DNA of 63,708 nucleotides, filler included, from Reticulomyxa filosa (GCA_000512085.1; 17 parts of 17 records of this genome joined end to end with filler, not necessarily neighbours in it); one strand, 5' to 3'; shown: positions 1-14,331, numbered from the whole stretch's first letter. Translations and numbers: made by a program. Notes: a model not told the origin generated them from the sequence alone.

Positions 1-99
1 ATAAGAACTGATCTAAGCAAATATTTTATGAGTTCCTCAGTTAACGTTATTCTGGCCACTGCATTTCTTTTTCTGCCTACTTCGTTTGTATTTCCGCAA

Positions 100-620
100 T
101 GTATGGTGTACAAAGACGAAATTCTCATCTGCGGCTGTCTTCCTCAAAGGGAATACTATTCCTACAATTTGATCAAGGATCAATAAAAAAATCTGTGAAT
201 TTCCATTCATACCACAACAATACTGCGTAGTCAATTGTGGTAAAGAGGACAATCAGGTGAAATTGTTGTCCATTGGCAGTTTGCCTAATCATATATTGAT
301 AACGCATAACAAATGCTTTTGGAACAGCGATCCAACACACGTGAACAAATGGACACTCTTTCCGAATAGCTGACTCCTTGGATCAAAATATAAGAATTTT
401 GAAAACGTACATGCATTGTCCAGTGGAACAAAAAATAATTTGTTGTTTATAACAACTGTAAATGAGATTGGTGTGATTGATTTACATACGAATGAATATG
501 CGGCGTGATTAATAATAAATGTTCTAATCTCTCACTTCCATATCATGACAAGAGAGTTCATTGGCGTTCTATTTTGGTTTTCTTTTTGTCCCTTTTCATT
601 GTTTCCATGGGACACACTGT
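100..620 (+). pseudogene. Degenerate Kelch-like beta-propeller gene remnant
   Basis: Manual translation across stops and frameshifts gives KDEILICG...REYYSYNLIKDQ*..ICEFP..YCVV..VKLLSIG and ..GTKNNLLFIT..IGVIDL, the repeat signature of an expanded protist Kelch-like family. Multiple in-frame stops; boundaries approximate. Confidence 0.55.
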
Positions 621-2449
621 ACATTGAACACGTTTCTTTATGTATCCTTTTTGTCGGTGAAAAAAAAGCAACCCTTTTCATTCGAACTGTAATGAGCTTA
701 GTCGATATCAAGAAAAGTGTAAACAGAATAGAAAAGTGACTTGGAGGCGCTTTGAAATCTTTTTAAAGAAATATTATATCTGATAAGCAACACAAAGAGG
801 CGCTATTCACTTTACATAAACGATGGCAAGTTTATAAACAGTTTCTGCCTAATCTTTTAGCGATTTGAGTTTTCGATTGGTACGGTGTATACATTCGCTA
901 ACAAAAATAATGTACAATCATCTATTCCTTGGTGGAGAAACATGAAAGTTTGATCTTCAATTTTAAGATTAAAAAAATCTCAACCACAATTAAAAAAAAA
1001 AACAAGAGAAATCGATCACATTTAATTTCTCGAAAAAAAAAACAACAATGTTCAAAACAAACATATTTGTCATCAACCACGAAGAATAGCAAAAAAAGAA
1101 GATGACATTGATTAAATAAAATTTTAAAAAGGTTATTGTTGATCTGCATGTTCATCTTGCAAAGAACAATGATGATAGAAGTGAAAAAACCCTGAAGAAT
1201 AAGACTGTGTGGCCAAGAATGGAAGCAGATCTATTGGATGTTCGACGATCTTTTTTATTGAGGGAGGAACCCATGGATATTGGAATTTCTCTTGTCAATG
1301 AACATTTTTCCACTCTTCACAGTGATGTTCATTGGACTCAAAGTCATAGGTGTCATCGTGATAAAAAAAACTCGCATGAACGAGCGTCCAGTTATCCCAT
1401 ATATTGTTGGCAATCTCGTTTTCTTTTCAAATGTTTGCTGATAGAAGAATAATTTTTTGAAAAAGAATTGCGAGCGTCATGGATGATGCTTATTTGCGAG
1501 ATCTTCGCATGCCATGTCTTTTGTGTTTGGAATGGGATATGCATTGACTGCCCATTTGGGCTGAGTCCAATTCCCTTTTTTGTGTTTGCTATTTTTATTG
1601 TTGTCAGCATTTTCGTACTGTCCATCGACATCATCACGAAGCCCATTATTCGTTTGACTCTGACTTTTCTCATCATTTTCTTTCTTATTCTTTTCTTTAC
1701 TTTCATTTTCATTGCCATTCTCATTCTCATTGTCATTTCCAGTCTCATTGCATTTATACAATTTATCTCCAAGACCTCATAACCAGCTACCATTATTCCA
1801 TTGTTTGTAAAGCGAGTATTGTCCCATCTCAAAGGCATTAATCTTACCTTCGCTATTGTTATTAACCAACATCTCAACACGTTTCATTTCAGGTAGAGGT
1901 CTTATACAAGTGATTCAGCACTTGCATCATTTGCACTTGTGACAATACCAACTTATACATGCACACATACAAACAAAACATTTAAAGTCTTGTTTTACTA
2001 TTCATATTATCATCTTCTTCTGCCTTTTTTGGAATTTCAGAGTCCTTTGTTCATTTTCATGGACAAAGAACTTGCACATCTTCTCAATTTCCAATCACCA
2101 ATATTACTGCTATTTTTGTTATCATTGGCTTTATTGGATTCAGATTCCACTTACTCTTTTTCTTTATCGTCTTTTTATTTCTTTTTCTATACGTATTCTT
2201 GGCAGCAAGAATAGATTCCTATTTTGCACAATCAATGCTTAAGTGTGGCTCTTTTAGAGCACTTGATATGAATTGAACTATCTAATATTATTTTTTTTCG
2301 GCACCAACTCTAAACAATATGAGAGTATATTCCATATTATCATCTGCAATTAATTCCAACTATCAGTTTTTTCAAAGACATAAATGAAAACCAAATCGAA
2401 TCTATCTGCATATTTTTGACTTTCTTTTAGATTTAAATATTAAAATTCA

Positions 2450-5400
2450 ACCACCACTTTCCAATGTTCGATAAACATGTATTGTATTCTTTGGAAACCT
2501 ATGTTATATGTGTATGTATGATGACCACACATGTTTCAAGTGTTTTCTAATCACATTATAAAAAAAAATTATAACTTGGAATACAAGTTGCATAGCTCAA
2601 TACTTTCAATCAATCATAAGCACATCACACGAATATGGACTTTCATTTTTTTTCCAAATTATACGTTATTCAACGTACAATACCATGATCCATGAGCGAT
2701 TTACGCCGTTGCGATTACCATTATCATTTTTGCTGGGATTCACTTCAGCGGCAACAACAATGTTAACAGCAACAATTTGTCCTCCATTTATACACCTTCA
2801 AATAGCTATTCAAAAATTTCAAACAATACATAACACGCATATATATTAAATATGTACATATAAAAAAAACTTTTTCAAGCAATGGGTCCAAGAACGAATT
2901 ATAGCATCAGATAACAGGAAAGAGAATAAGCGCACAATAACCAATTAAATAACAACAGTTCCTTGAGTTTCTTGTGTTGGAATGAGCGTATTGATTTCAA
3001 TGATAATGCCTTCGTCAAGTATTCCATTATTTTGGACAATTAAAATGACTTGGGGGAAGCTATTATCATTGAAAGGCTCTTTCCCTAGAGCTATTATTTT
3101 TTTTGAGTGGTAATCTTGTCAATGGCAGACCATTCCACTTTTTGAAATCGAGTTATTCGGTTTTTGGTAACCCAAAAATTTGTTCATATCCACAGCGCCG
3201 ATTTCTTTGAGATAAGAGATAAGACAGAGGGGGAGGGGCCCCGATTGCTGACATAAAATATTGCCCAAATATCCACTCAGCAGGACCCAGCGCCACCAAT
3301 AATTGCCAATATCCAAACTTTTGATTTGCCAAATAATGGATCCACTTTTGAGTCGTCCATCCAATTATCAATTGACTGGCACGACATTGTTGTTTTTTGT
3401 AATAAATGAATGACACACAACAACAGCAACGGCATCCAATATTGGCCACACAGCATCAGTTCAATATATGAAGTAATTGACAATGAATAGATGAGAACAT
3501 GGACTGCGCTTCGTGGTCGTCACCACTATCATGGCTGGCACTTAGCTTGACATTGTCACGTCCATCCAATCAAAAATGCGCAAAGTCGCTACTTGTGTAT
3601 GTAAAGGGCCATAACCAAAGTAACAGTGGCAAACTATCCTCTTTTTTTTTCTTTTTAAAACATATCCAACGATGGTATGGCCTTGGAGCTTTCTTTTTCT
3701 TCCTCTTTATCATCATCTTCCTCATCTTTATCTGCTTACTCGCTGATGACCTTGATTTGAGTTTCGGAAAACTCATCCACCAAATTGAGCCACGCTATCG
3801 GAAGAATAGTTCAATGTGAGAGTGGCTCACTCAACAGCCATGGTGTGATTATTTATTTCACACAATGTTGTCTTCCATTTCTTCGGCCAAGCCAGTCACT
3901 GCTGTCCTTGCGATACTGCAATGTCAATATCGTTTCCATTTTGTGCGATATTATCGCTTTTTTTTTCTTTCTTCTTGACAGACTCGCATTCGTGGTCGGA
4001 CAGCAACAAGATCCAGATCGCCCGCGATATGGGAAGATAGTCCACGTCCGTGAGTGGCGACTTTGCGCTTTCCCAGGGATAAAGAGCAAATCCAACACAA
4101 TCTTTTCTTCTCTTTATTCTCATTTCTATCTTCTTGATTGTCGGTGTCTTGATGCGAGTATCGCACACAACTCTTTCACCGAATTGAGTCAATGTCATAC
4201 GGAATCATAGCGCTTTTCTCGATTTCTTTGTGAATTGTTTTTTAGCATCGTCCGTGCTCTTTTCGAATCGCCTTCTACTTCTCCGCCTAAGTCCAGTCAC
4301 TGTCGCCATTGCGACACCGTCGTGTTGATATAGTTTTTACTATGTGCGATATCGCCGTCTTCTTTTCATTTCTTCTTGGCGAGCTTGCTTTCGCATTCAG
4401 GCAGCACCAAGATCGAGATTGTTTGGAATTGGTCTGGGACAATCTTGTCCCACTGTCCCATTGCCACCATATAATGGACGTCTTCCAACTACGAAATTCA
4501 TCAAACCTCTTCGCTCTTGTGATGAGAGATACACACTTTGGCATTGGAATAATATGCTCGTTATTGGAAACGTTCGCATCATCGACATACGCTCATTCGA
4601 CAATGTCTGGATTGGCGATCCAATGAGATAGAGTGATATTTTTCCCTTTCTTTTTCATTATTGGACGTATTCCTTGTTTCTATTCTTTATGCATTTCTTG
4701 CGTGACATGATTGAACGTGACTTTTTGAGTACGACAAGGGTCACTACTGCTTCACAAATCAAAACTGCCGATTCGCATCCAACTCAAATGAATACAAATT
4801 GGTGACTTCATTGCCCTCCAATTGCTGGGACAATTCAACGAATACAAAGTATTGCGTCGCATCCAACATGCCTCCTGCATTCCACAGTCGATCATTGGAG
4901 ACAATGTAGTAATGATAATTGGCGCTTGTTCGAAGCCAGGAAATGCGGCTAGTTCTATCTTTCTCCACCGATCGTCAATATCCAAAATCCAATGCTGCGG
5001 ATATGCGTACGCACATAATGAGTTTTGATTGTTGTTTTGTACTAACAATATTTCCATAACGACGAGTTTCCCTGTCTTCTTTGGCGATTTGCCTCGCCAA
5101 GAGTTATCCTTATAGACTTGTGTGCACCTACGTTGACAGCAAACAAGTTCTTTCCAATGTTTCGTGCTGCCATTGCTAAATATTGTCGAATTTGTTCAAA
5201 CTTTTCCATTGATGCGCGATACGAGAATGTAGTCCACGCCCGCAAGTGGCGACTTTGCGTGTTTCCAGTCGTGAATCAAGGTTTCATCACCAAACTCAGC
5301 ACAGCATAACGACGTGTTTTTTGCTTTTAAAAACAAGTCAAATGCGATATACTTGGAATACGCTTTCTTTTCATTAACATCATCTTTCTATTCTTGATTG

Positions 5401-5680
5401 ATAATGTCTTTGCAAAAATTCTCAATAAACTTGAACCAATCTCACATCGAACGATTCTCCCAACTTAATGGTTTGCTTGCTCCAATGTGGATCCTTTTCT
5501 AACAGCTGACTCGTCCATTTCTTCAATCGCCTTCCACTTCCCCGTACGTCCAGTCGCTGCAGCCTCTGAGATACTATAATGTCCATATCTTTTTTTCACT
5601 TTGCGCGATATAACTGTCTTTTTTTTCTTTTTGATTAGCTCGCTTCACATTCTAATGGCACTAAGATCTATGTTATTCGC
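2450..5680 (-). repeat. Copy 1 of a dispersed, decayed coding-like repeat family, with internal tandem re-duplication
   Basis: Colinear similarity seen by eye to 27890-29480 and 18540-19320. The internal block CCAGTC(A/G)CTG...GCGATAT recurs at about 3892, 4292 and 5550. TAGTCCACG.CCG..AGTGGCGACTTTGCG recurs at about 4038 and 5230. Confidence 0.75.
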
Positions 5681-6447
5681 AATTGATCTAATTATACCAT
5701 TCTTTTTTTTCTTTGCTGGACGTATTTGCTGTTTTCCTTCCTAAATTTTTCTTTGGAGGGAACGTATAATTTATTTTGTTTTTTTGGACAGAGGGCTGCA
5801 GCTGTAATTGAAAAAGCACATTAAATTGATTATGCCAATAAAAAACTAAAAAAAATAGATATAACAAACCATATTTTCTCATTGCGGAGACGAGGGGCCT
5901 TGCCCATTTTCTTTTTTCTTTTGTTGAAGGATGCAAAGCATCCGAAAAAAAAGCTATGTTTTTTTAAAGTGGACTGCTGTTAAACAACACCACTTTTCTT
6001 TTTTAAGTTGAAATTATTTTAAAAACAAACAAAAAGGTATACCAGTGAAAGAGGGTTCAATCACCCTAATTACGAGTTGGTGCGACGACATAGACACGAC
6101 CAAAAAAAAAAGACCTTTTTTCCTTAATTAGGACATAACGTACAACTAATAAATGTTTACAAAAAAGATGTAAATTTGTAATTTTTTGACATTTTTGAGA
6201 AAACTACTTTAAAAAAGAATTGTTAAAATTTTTGTATTGTATTTCTACAAGCGTGATTCCAAAAAATAGATTAATTCAGAAAATTGAAAATTAAAATTGT
6301 TTTTTTTGAATGATTAATTATTTTTCCTTGAGTAATGATTTTTCTGTTGAAGAGAAAAAGTTTTCCCTTTCTAGAAAAAACTCTCTTGGACATTACAACT
6401 GGTTTTGGCTCTTCTCTTCAAGCAATCTAACAGCAAACTTTTATAAC

Positions 6448-7960
6448 ATGGAACTCGTTCTTGAGAATTCCTTCACCAATGCTCTCCCTGCAAAATGCAA
6501 CAGCTGCCGAAAAAGAAAGAGAACAATCAGTGTAAATCCAATACACCAAAAACAACACTATTCAAAAAAAGGTGCTATCATCACAGTTCAAACAAATACG
6601 CTTGCCTATTATGGTCTCTCCTGACATTGGCAACATGCAGGTTGACGCTGTACATCTATCTTCACAGTCGAGAGAGGGCATCCATTTTTTTGCTGTTTCA
6701 TTCAATCTGTTTGGCAGGGTCATGTTTTTATGTATTTTTTATCGCATTATTGTGAAAAAAAATAAATACCGCCATGGAAAATCTATTGAACAAGAAAACA
6801 GACTCATCATTGTCAAAAAGTATGCAGTGGCTGTCTTACTCAATCTTTTTTGACAGCAAAACTAAGAGAGCATTACATGGCAATTTTGAATGACTTGGCA
6901 GCAGGTGGTCCGAAGGTACATCAAGAATTCCTGGCCTCTCAACACAAGACTTATATGGAGTCGAGAGAAAGAAAAGATGAACAAGTGCAAGAGATAAGTT
7001 ACAGCGAGCAAAAAGAAAAGCACAAACAATATTTGTGAAGCCAATAAAAGAGGTGGAAGATAAGATATACTTTGAAAATTAAAGTAAAAATGGTGAAACC
7101 ATTTCAGAACATAAGTGCAAATACAAATGCTCTATTTCAAACATAAAACAATGGAGCCTGTTAATGTTCAAAGTATTCTTCACAGTCCCAATCTTGTCCA
7201 AAATATTTATGTTCCTTTCCAGTTCAGTATTTTGCTGGCTGAAAAGGATCATTGTGCGTATAATACACATATAAACATAAACATAAATATATTTCTATTT
7301 ATATATGTGCGTGTGTACACTCTTGCTTTTTTTAAAATAAATAAAAAGGAAGTCTTGATTGCTGGGGCGTTGAACAACTTACACACTGACACCTATGTGG
7401 CTGTAAATCGATTTTCGCTGTTCGAAAAATCTGTCATCGAAATGATCTTAAAGCAAATTGAAAAAAGAGAACATATCCAATTTCAACGAGGTTCTGATTT
7501 TACTCATCCTAAATAAACAAATTTCAAAAAAAAAGAAAGAGCTTCAAACTTTTAAAAAATTGTTTGGCTTATATTTGAATGGATGGGTTGAACTATTGGG
7601 GCAAATATAGATCGTACAATTCTGGAAAGAAAGAAATGGTTTGAACTCGAAACTCCAAAAACTTTGAGAGTGACATATCCGGCTATACCTTCAAAGGAAA
7701 TGCAAAACGAAGGGAGTGACACAATATTTTCGACTTACTCCAAACACGAGAATAGGGCCATTGAAGGTAAGGCAGCCCCAATAAATAACAGCTAGTATTT
7801 ACTTGCCATTGGAACAGAATACCGCTACGTTGGAATTAATGGCTAACCAGGTGCACATGATCAATGCTATGAGCCTCTGGATATCTTTTGATCAAACCAT
7901 GTGGATGTCAATAGCGACAACATCAAGTCCATTTTTGCAATGAAAACACGGTTGAGATGA
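6448..7960 (+). pseudogene. Fragmented gene remnant of unknown function (weak RasGAP/IQGAP-like flavour)
   Basis: Chain of short same-strand protein-like ORFs (PIMVSPD.., AKLREHYMAILNDL.., EVLIAGALNNL..) broken by stops and intron-like AT tracts. PIMVSPD only loosely recalls the RasGAP P(A)IV(S/A)PD motif. Confidence 0.25.
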
Positions 7961-8684
7961 TGCCGCAACTTTACAAATGTACAGCAACAAAGCATCTCAA
8001 AATTATCAGCAAATGTTGTCTATTTTTATCCAATAAACACTAGAAATATTTCATACTTTGATAATAAAAACCTTACTACAAAACTAAAAATAATTTTTTC
8101 GACAAAAAGTGTGCGATTCACATAATATGATAATATTATGTATGTTAATTTATATGATTGCATACATAAATGAAATAAGGTCCTATTGACTACGAGTAAT
8201 CTAAGATTTTCCAAATTCAGAAATGCTAAGTATTCAACCATTGCAAACAGTTTTGTTGTCAGTACGTAAGGACCAAAAATAAAAATCCCCCTTTTCTTTT
8301 AGTTTTTTCCAAAGAAAAAGGGAAATAGTGTTTTGGAGATATTGCTATAGCTAATTAATAATAAATTTTTTTTAAAAAGGTAAACATAGTGAACACTATT
8401 GTTATGCATATTCTTCTTTTCATTTACTCCTACATGACACTGAAATCTTTTTTACCAATAGTAGCAAGAATAAATTCCTATAGCACACTTTCTTTCAGAT
8501 TTAAAAGATTAATGTTCAGAAATTATTGAGAAGAGTATAATTTGATTAAGATATCAAGTGAGATGTGAAAACTATCACTAAAAGAAAAATTAAAAGAAAG
8601 TGCAATTCACAAAAAAAAGACAATTTTTTCAATCAAGCAAATTTGAGATCAAATATGCCAAATATTTGGTGTTTTTGCACTTCA

Positions 8685-8788
8685 CATCACTCTTGCTTGA
8701 CACCGCAACCACAACAGAGACTTTCCAATTTCTTGATAGATATTGTACACTTTGGAGACCTATGTTATATGGTATGTATTGTTATAAA
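8685..8788 (-). repeat. Fragment of the same dispersed family (cut by contig end)
   Basis: ..CTTTGGAGACCTATGTTATATGGTATGTATTG.. matches about 2490-2520 (CTTTGGAAACCTATGTTATATGTGTATG) and about 27963-27995. Confidence 0.6.
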
Positions 8789-8888
8789 NNNNNNNNNNNN
8801 NNNNNNNNNNNNNNNNNNNNNNNNNNNNNNNNTTAATTAATTAANNNNNNNNNNNNNNNNNNNNNNNNNNNNNNNNNNNNNNNNNNNN

Positions 8889-9737
8889 AGATATGTTTTA
8901 TGCGTTCAGTTTTCTTTGCAACTTACTGTATTATAAAAGTATCTAATTCATTATTATAATGCCATTGTTGTTGTTATTCATTTTTTTGATATATATTTTT
9001 AATAAATATTTTTGGTTTATTTAAAAATATATTTGTAAATAATTCTTGTACTTTTTTAAATAATTTATATTTATCATCATCTGATGTTATTAATATGTCT
9101 CCTCTTCTGATTTTGTATTACTATGACCACACCATATAAATATCAATGAATCATAATTTTTTTCTTTATTATTTATACAATGTTGCTTTAAGAAAAGGTC
9201 AAATTGATTTAATGTTAATAATTCAGTTTCAGGTTTATTTTGATCATAAGTAGAATATACTTCATATCCATATATTTCTTCAAATAAATTTCGAAACATA
9301 ATTAAATCTGTTTTTACTTCAGATAAATAATCTAAATTATTATATTTTAAAGCTCCAGTTAACAATACTAATGGATTCATAATATTGTAATATTCATAAT
9401 TTTTTTTCATCATTGTCATTATATATTATATCAATTAATTATTATTTTTAAATTAATGAACAAAAAAAAAAAGAGAAACAAAACTGTTAATAGAATAAAC
9501 AAAAAAGAAAACAGGTCGAGTTTCAAATGAAATCTTTAATTGTCGATCATTTGTAATTTCTTCATTATTATTATCAACAATCTTAAAATAAGTCATAAGA
9601 TTTCTTATTTTGTCATTATCGTTTTTGGCGTTAACAATTTTGAGTACTTCTTCTTCCAAGCTTTTTAAGTTCAGAGAAGTAAGTGTTATTTCATGCGCTT
9701 TTCCTTCAAAGTAGACAAAGGTATTGTAAGACGACAT
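8889..9737 (-). pseudogene. PB1-like domain plus caspase-like (peptidase C14 fold) protein, disrupted and 3'-truncated
   Basis: Exon 1 reads FKIVDNNNEEITNDRQLKISF (PB1-like acidic motif). Exon 2 reads NPLVLLTGALKY..DL..FRNLFEEIYGYEV..YDSLIFIWCGH. After a frameshift near 9105 it reads GDILITSD..NKPKIFIKNIYQKNE*. The intron acceptor lacks AG. Confidence 0.65.
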
Positions 9738-10519
9738 TCTTTATCTCAAGTGAGTTATTAAAACTTGGAAAAAGTTTCAAGTTTTTAGTATCAAAAAAAG
9801 TATGAAATTTTTTTATTATTTTCAATCCTTCAATAGTGATTTATTGACAAGATTTTTTTTGTCCTTTATTCAATTGTATTGGACAATAAAAAGAAGAAAA
9901 TTTTATTCATTCTACACCAAGTTTATCAATTTTATTTAAGTCACTGAATAATAAATAGGCAAGTATGTCTCATATCTTTGTCTTGCTTACAAAAAAAATA
10001 AAAAACATTGATTCGATCTTTGAATTTGTTGTTTATTTGAATAACTTTTTTCGTTTTTTCAAAAAGATTATATAAAACCCCTTTTTTTAAAAAGTTAACA
10101 ACTACTTAAAAATTCAGTAACATGGATAATCAAGCAAAGCTCACTTTCAAAACACTGCACAAGACACTTTAAAAAATACAATTTGAAGGAACTCTAAAAT
10201 TCAAACTCTGTTCCTTAATAAATATTATTTTACTATACTATAATAGTATTTTTTCAACAACTCATTTTTAATTGTTCATTATATACGAATGTATAATTTC
10301 ATTGTTCAAATAATTGTAAAATAAGACTTGTTATAGATATTTTCTTTGTTCAAATATCCAAAAAAAAAAAAATTTATCTTACCAAAACATGTGATATTCA
10401 TTTGAAAAATAGTGACATCCCAAATTTAACATAATTAAATTGAAAAAAATCAAAAACTTTTTATATACTTTTCAATTCACAAAAAATAGTAGTAATTTAA
10501 AAAAACGTCATTCACATAT

Positions 10520-10947
10520 TCATCCCCAAACATGAATTAGACCTTTGATTGAACCATAACATAAATTAACACAGCCACTACCGTTTGATTTTTGTCCATT
10601 GTTACATTCATTCTTTTTCAATTCTATAAATTTAAGACATGTTACTCCTCCTTTTACTTTCATCTTATACAATTCATTCCTATTTAATCGAATATCCCAA
10701 AATCGGATTGTATTATCACGTGATCCAGAACATATCATATTTGAATTACTACTATTCTTTATTACAAATGGTGAATATTCAACAGCATTCACAAAATGTA
10801 TATGCTCATTGAACGCTTGAATTTGTTTACCAGATCGAACATCCCACAAACGAACACTTTTATCATCTGATCCAGATAATACTGTATTTAATAATTCATT
10901 TGATCCATATTTTACACTTCTAATCCAATCTTCATGTCCTTTGAATA
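10520..10947 (-). CDS. WD40-repeat protein, C-terminal fragment
   Basis: FKGHEDWIRSVKY..ISGSDDKSVRLWDVRSGKQIQAFNEH..CSGSRDNTIRFWDIR..GLIHVWG*. The 5' part is lost at the contig edge. Confidence 0.9.
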
Positions 10948-11499
10948 NNNNNNNNNNNNNNNNNNNNNNNNNNNNNNNNNNNNNNNNNNNNTTAATTAAT
11001 TAANNNNNNNNNNNNNNNNNNNNNNNNNNNNNNNNNNNNNNNNNNNNACCAATATTGTGTCATTCACACATCGTGAATCTTTGCCTTGCAATTCGTATAA
11101 TCCTGGTCTAAAGTTGCATGTCCTTTCAAAGCCAACTCAACATATTGACACTTTGCCATGAGTAACTTCGACTTCACAGACCCATCCTCGGTCTATTTCA
11201 GTTTTGAATCCATCAGGATCCATCATGTCTTTGGTCACAAAGTCAATGCACAAGTCACAGTTTCAAGTAATTTGTAAAAACAATTTCTTCAATGGCGCTG
11301 GAACTTGGGTTGGATTGTTGTTCAAATACTGACTTCTCGCATATACACAGACTTAGTATTGGATATACCTATGATCTTTGGAAGCTTTAAACTCATAATC
11401 AATCAACTCCAATGTTCATTCAGCTTCGTCATTGTTCACATTGCATTTGGGCACAGAAATATGAGGATGATATTAGTCCAACGGGAAATCCAACAGCTA

Positions 11500-14331
11500 C
11501 AATTTGCTGAAGGTAGGACTGCTTGTTTGATGATAGGTTGGTTTGCTTGTGTGGCTTTGTGTTGAATGTTGGACTATTGATGGGCTATACGTTGGAGAAT
11601 CTGTACGTTTGTTGGACTTTATGTCGAATAGTAAGTCGGACTATAAGTAGGTGAATACGTTGGACTATACGTTGGATTATATGTATGACTATAAGTCTGG
11701 CTCCCCGTAGGACTGAATGTCGTATATACATTGGCGCATTTGTTGGACTGAATGTTGGGCTATGTCGAACTGTTGGTAGGAGCATTGGTTGGTCTTGGCG
11801 TTGGACTGTAAGTCGGTGCATTTGTTGGATTTAGCGTGGGGGATAGGTTGGACTTTCCGTTGGGCTGTATGTCGGACTATATATTGGTGAATATGTCGGC
11901 AAATACGTCAGGTTGTGTAGGAACGTCTGTTGAACTTAGAGTTGGACCGCAAGTAAGTGTGTTCGTTGGACTGAAAGTAAGTTCATTCGTCGGGCTATAT
12001 GTTGGTTGGCGCATTTGTTGGGCTGTAGGTCGGGGCACCTGTTGGAGATTAAGTTGGTGCATTTATTGTACTATAAGTCGGCGCATTGGTTGTGTTTGGA
12101 GTTAGACTGTTTGTGGACTAAAGTTGGGCTCTCTGTTGTACTATATGTCGGACTGTCAGTTGGATAGTAAGTTGGATATCACCAGTTGGCGAGTATGTTG
12201 AGGAATGTATTGGAGAATAGGTCGGACTGATTTATTGGTGGTGGAGTCGGTGAGTCAGTTGGAAAAAATGTTGGAGCACCCGTTGGTAAGTAGGGGAATA
12301 CGTTAGTGCTTGTTGGCGCGTTAGTTGGTGACTCCGTTGGCATATTCGTTGGACTAAATGTCGGCGCCAGTTGGAGAATATGTTGGCGCATTTATTTGAT
12401 TTGATGTTGAGCTGTTTGTTAGACTTTCAGTTGACTATGATTGGTCTGTCGTTGGAGCGTTTGTTGGCTCTCCGTTGTGCTATATGTCGGACTGTCGGTT
12501 GGAGATTAAGTTATTCGTTGGTGATGGATTCATTGAGTCAGTTGGAAAATATGTTGGCGAACACATTGGAGCACCCGTTGGCATATGTTGACAAGTAAGT
12601 TAGTGATTGTGTTGGAGGATTCGTTAGTGACTCCGTTGGATAGTTTGCTAGACTGTACGTTGGGGCGTCAGTTGGTGAAAAAGTCATTGATAAGTTGGGC
12701 TGCCCGTGTGAATGTAAATTAGACTATAAGTCAGACTGTTATCGTGGAATATGTTAACTAGTTGGCTGGATATTACGTTGAACTGTATGTTGGAGAGTCA
12801 ATTGTAAATATGTTGGATAGTATGTCGGACTGTCTGTTGGAGCACCCCGTTGGTGAGTATGTTAGTATCTCCGTTGGAATACTCGTTGGCGCATCCGTCG
12901 GTGAATAAGTTGGTGAAAAGTCGGCGAGTAAGTTGGGAGAATGTTGGTGCGCCCGTTGACGAATATGTTGGTGATTGCATGATTGTATTGGTTGACGACT
13001 CCGCTGGCGCATTCGTTTGTGAAAAATTGGCGAGTATGTCGACTATATGTTGGAGCTCCTGTTGTGGAATATGTTTGTAAAGAATGTTGGCGCATCCGTT
13101 GGGACATTCGTTGGTGAATAAGTGGGACTGAATGTTGGTACATCTGTTGGAGAATACGTTGGAGAAAAGGTCAGACTTTGTGTTGGTGCATTCGTTGGAG
13201 AATACGTTAGTGAGTAAGTTGGTGAAAATGTCGGCGCATCCATTGGCGAATATATTGGATAAAAAGTTTGCGATTGCGTGTGTACATTGGTCGGTGACTC
13301 CGTTGGCGCATTTGTTGGCGAATAAGTTGGAGAATACGCTGGTAACTGTGTTGGCCATTCGTTAGACTAAATATCGGGGCAGTTGAGAAATATGTTGGCG
13401 CATTTGTTGGATTTGGTGTTGTGCTGTTTGTTGGCTTTCAGGACTATATGTTGGGCTGTACGTTGGAGCGTTTGCTGAAGAGTAAGTGGAAGCATTTGTT
13501 GGACCAAAGTCGGATTGTATGTTGGACTATAAAAGTTTAGCTTTCAGTTGGACTGTATGTCTGACTATAAGTCGGACTGTAAGGGGAACACCAGTGGTTG
13601 GAGAACATGTTGGACTATTCGTTAGTGATTAAGTCAGTGAGTCAGTTGGAGCAAGTTGGAAAATATACATTGGAGCGCCTGTTGTGAGTAAGTTGGGGAA
13701 TATGTTGGCGAATATGTTAGCGAGTAAGCTGGTGATTGTGTTGGAGCATTTATCAGTGATTCTGTTGGAGAATACGTTGGATTGTCGTGGGGCGCCAGTT
13801 GGTGAAAGTCTGTTAATAAGTTGGACTATAAGTCTGGCTGTCCGTCGGGAAATATGTTGGCAAGTTGGTTGACGAGTACGTTGGCGTACGTTGGAGCGCC
13901 GTTGGTGAATACCTTGGAGAGTAAGTCGGTCTGTTGGTGATTGTATCGGAGCGCTTGTTGGAGCACTAGTTGTGGAAAATAGTTTGACTGAATGTTGGAG
14001 CGCCTGTTGGAAAATAAGCTGAAGATACGTTGGACATCAGTCGGTGACATGTCTTGGCATTTATTGGAGAATACGTTGGTGAGTACGTGGTGCTGTAGTT
14101 GGAGCCTCGTTGGAAATAATGTTAGTGACTCCGTTGGAGCATTCGTTGGTGAATAAGTTGGCGAGTATGTCTGACTAATGTTGGAGCTCCTTTGGGGAAT
14201 ATGTTGGAGAGAATGTTGGCGCGTCGTTGGGGCATTCGTTGGAAAATAAGTTGGAGCACCCGTTGGTGAATACGTTGCAAATACCGGACTGAACGTCGGG
14301 GATTTCGTCGGAGAAAGTTGGAATGTTGGTG
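11500..14331 (-). pseudogene. Decayed Pro/Thr/Ser mucin- or adhesin-like repeat gene (SPTYSPT / NAPT / GAPT units)
   Basis: About 2.8 kb of quasi-periodic GTTGG-rich sequence. Minus-strand frames give DAPTFSPTYSLTYSPTNAPT and similar, but the frame switches every few tens of codons. Confidence 0.8.

Noticed and set aside
1392-1880. Overlapping hydrophobic and charged ORFs on both strands
   Set aside because: They arise from a short (GAGAAT/GAAAAT)-like low-complexity tract; no domain is recognisable.
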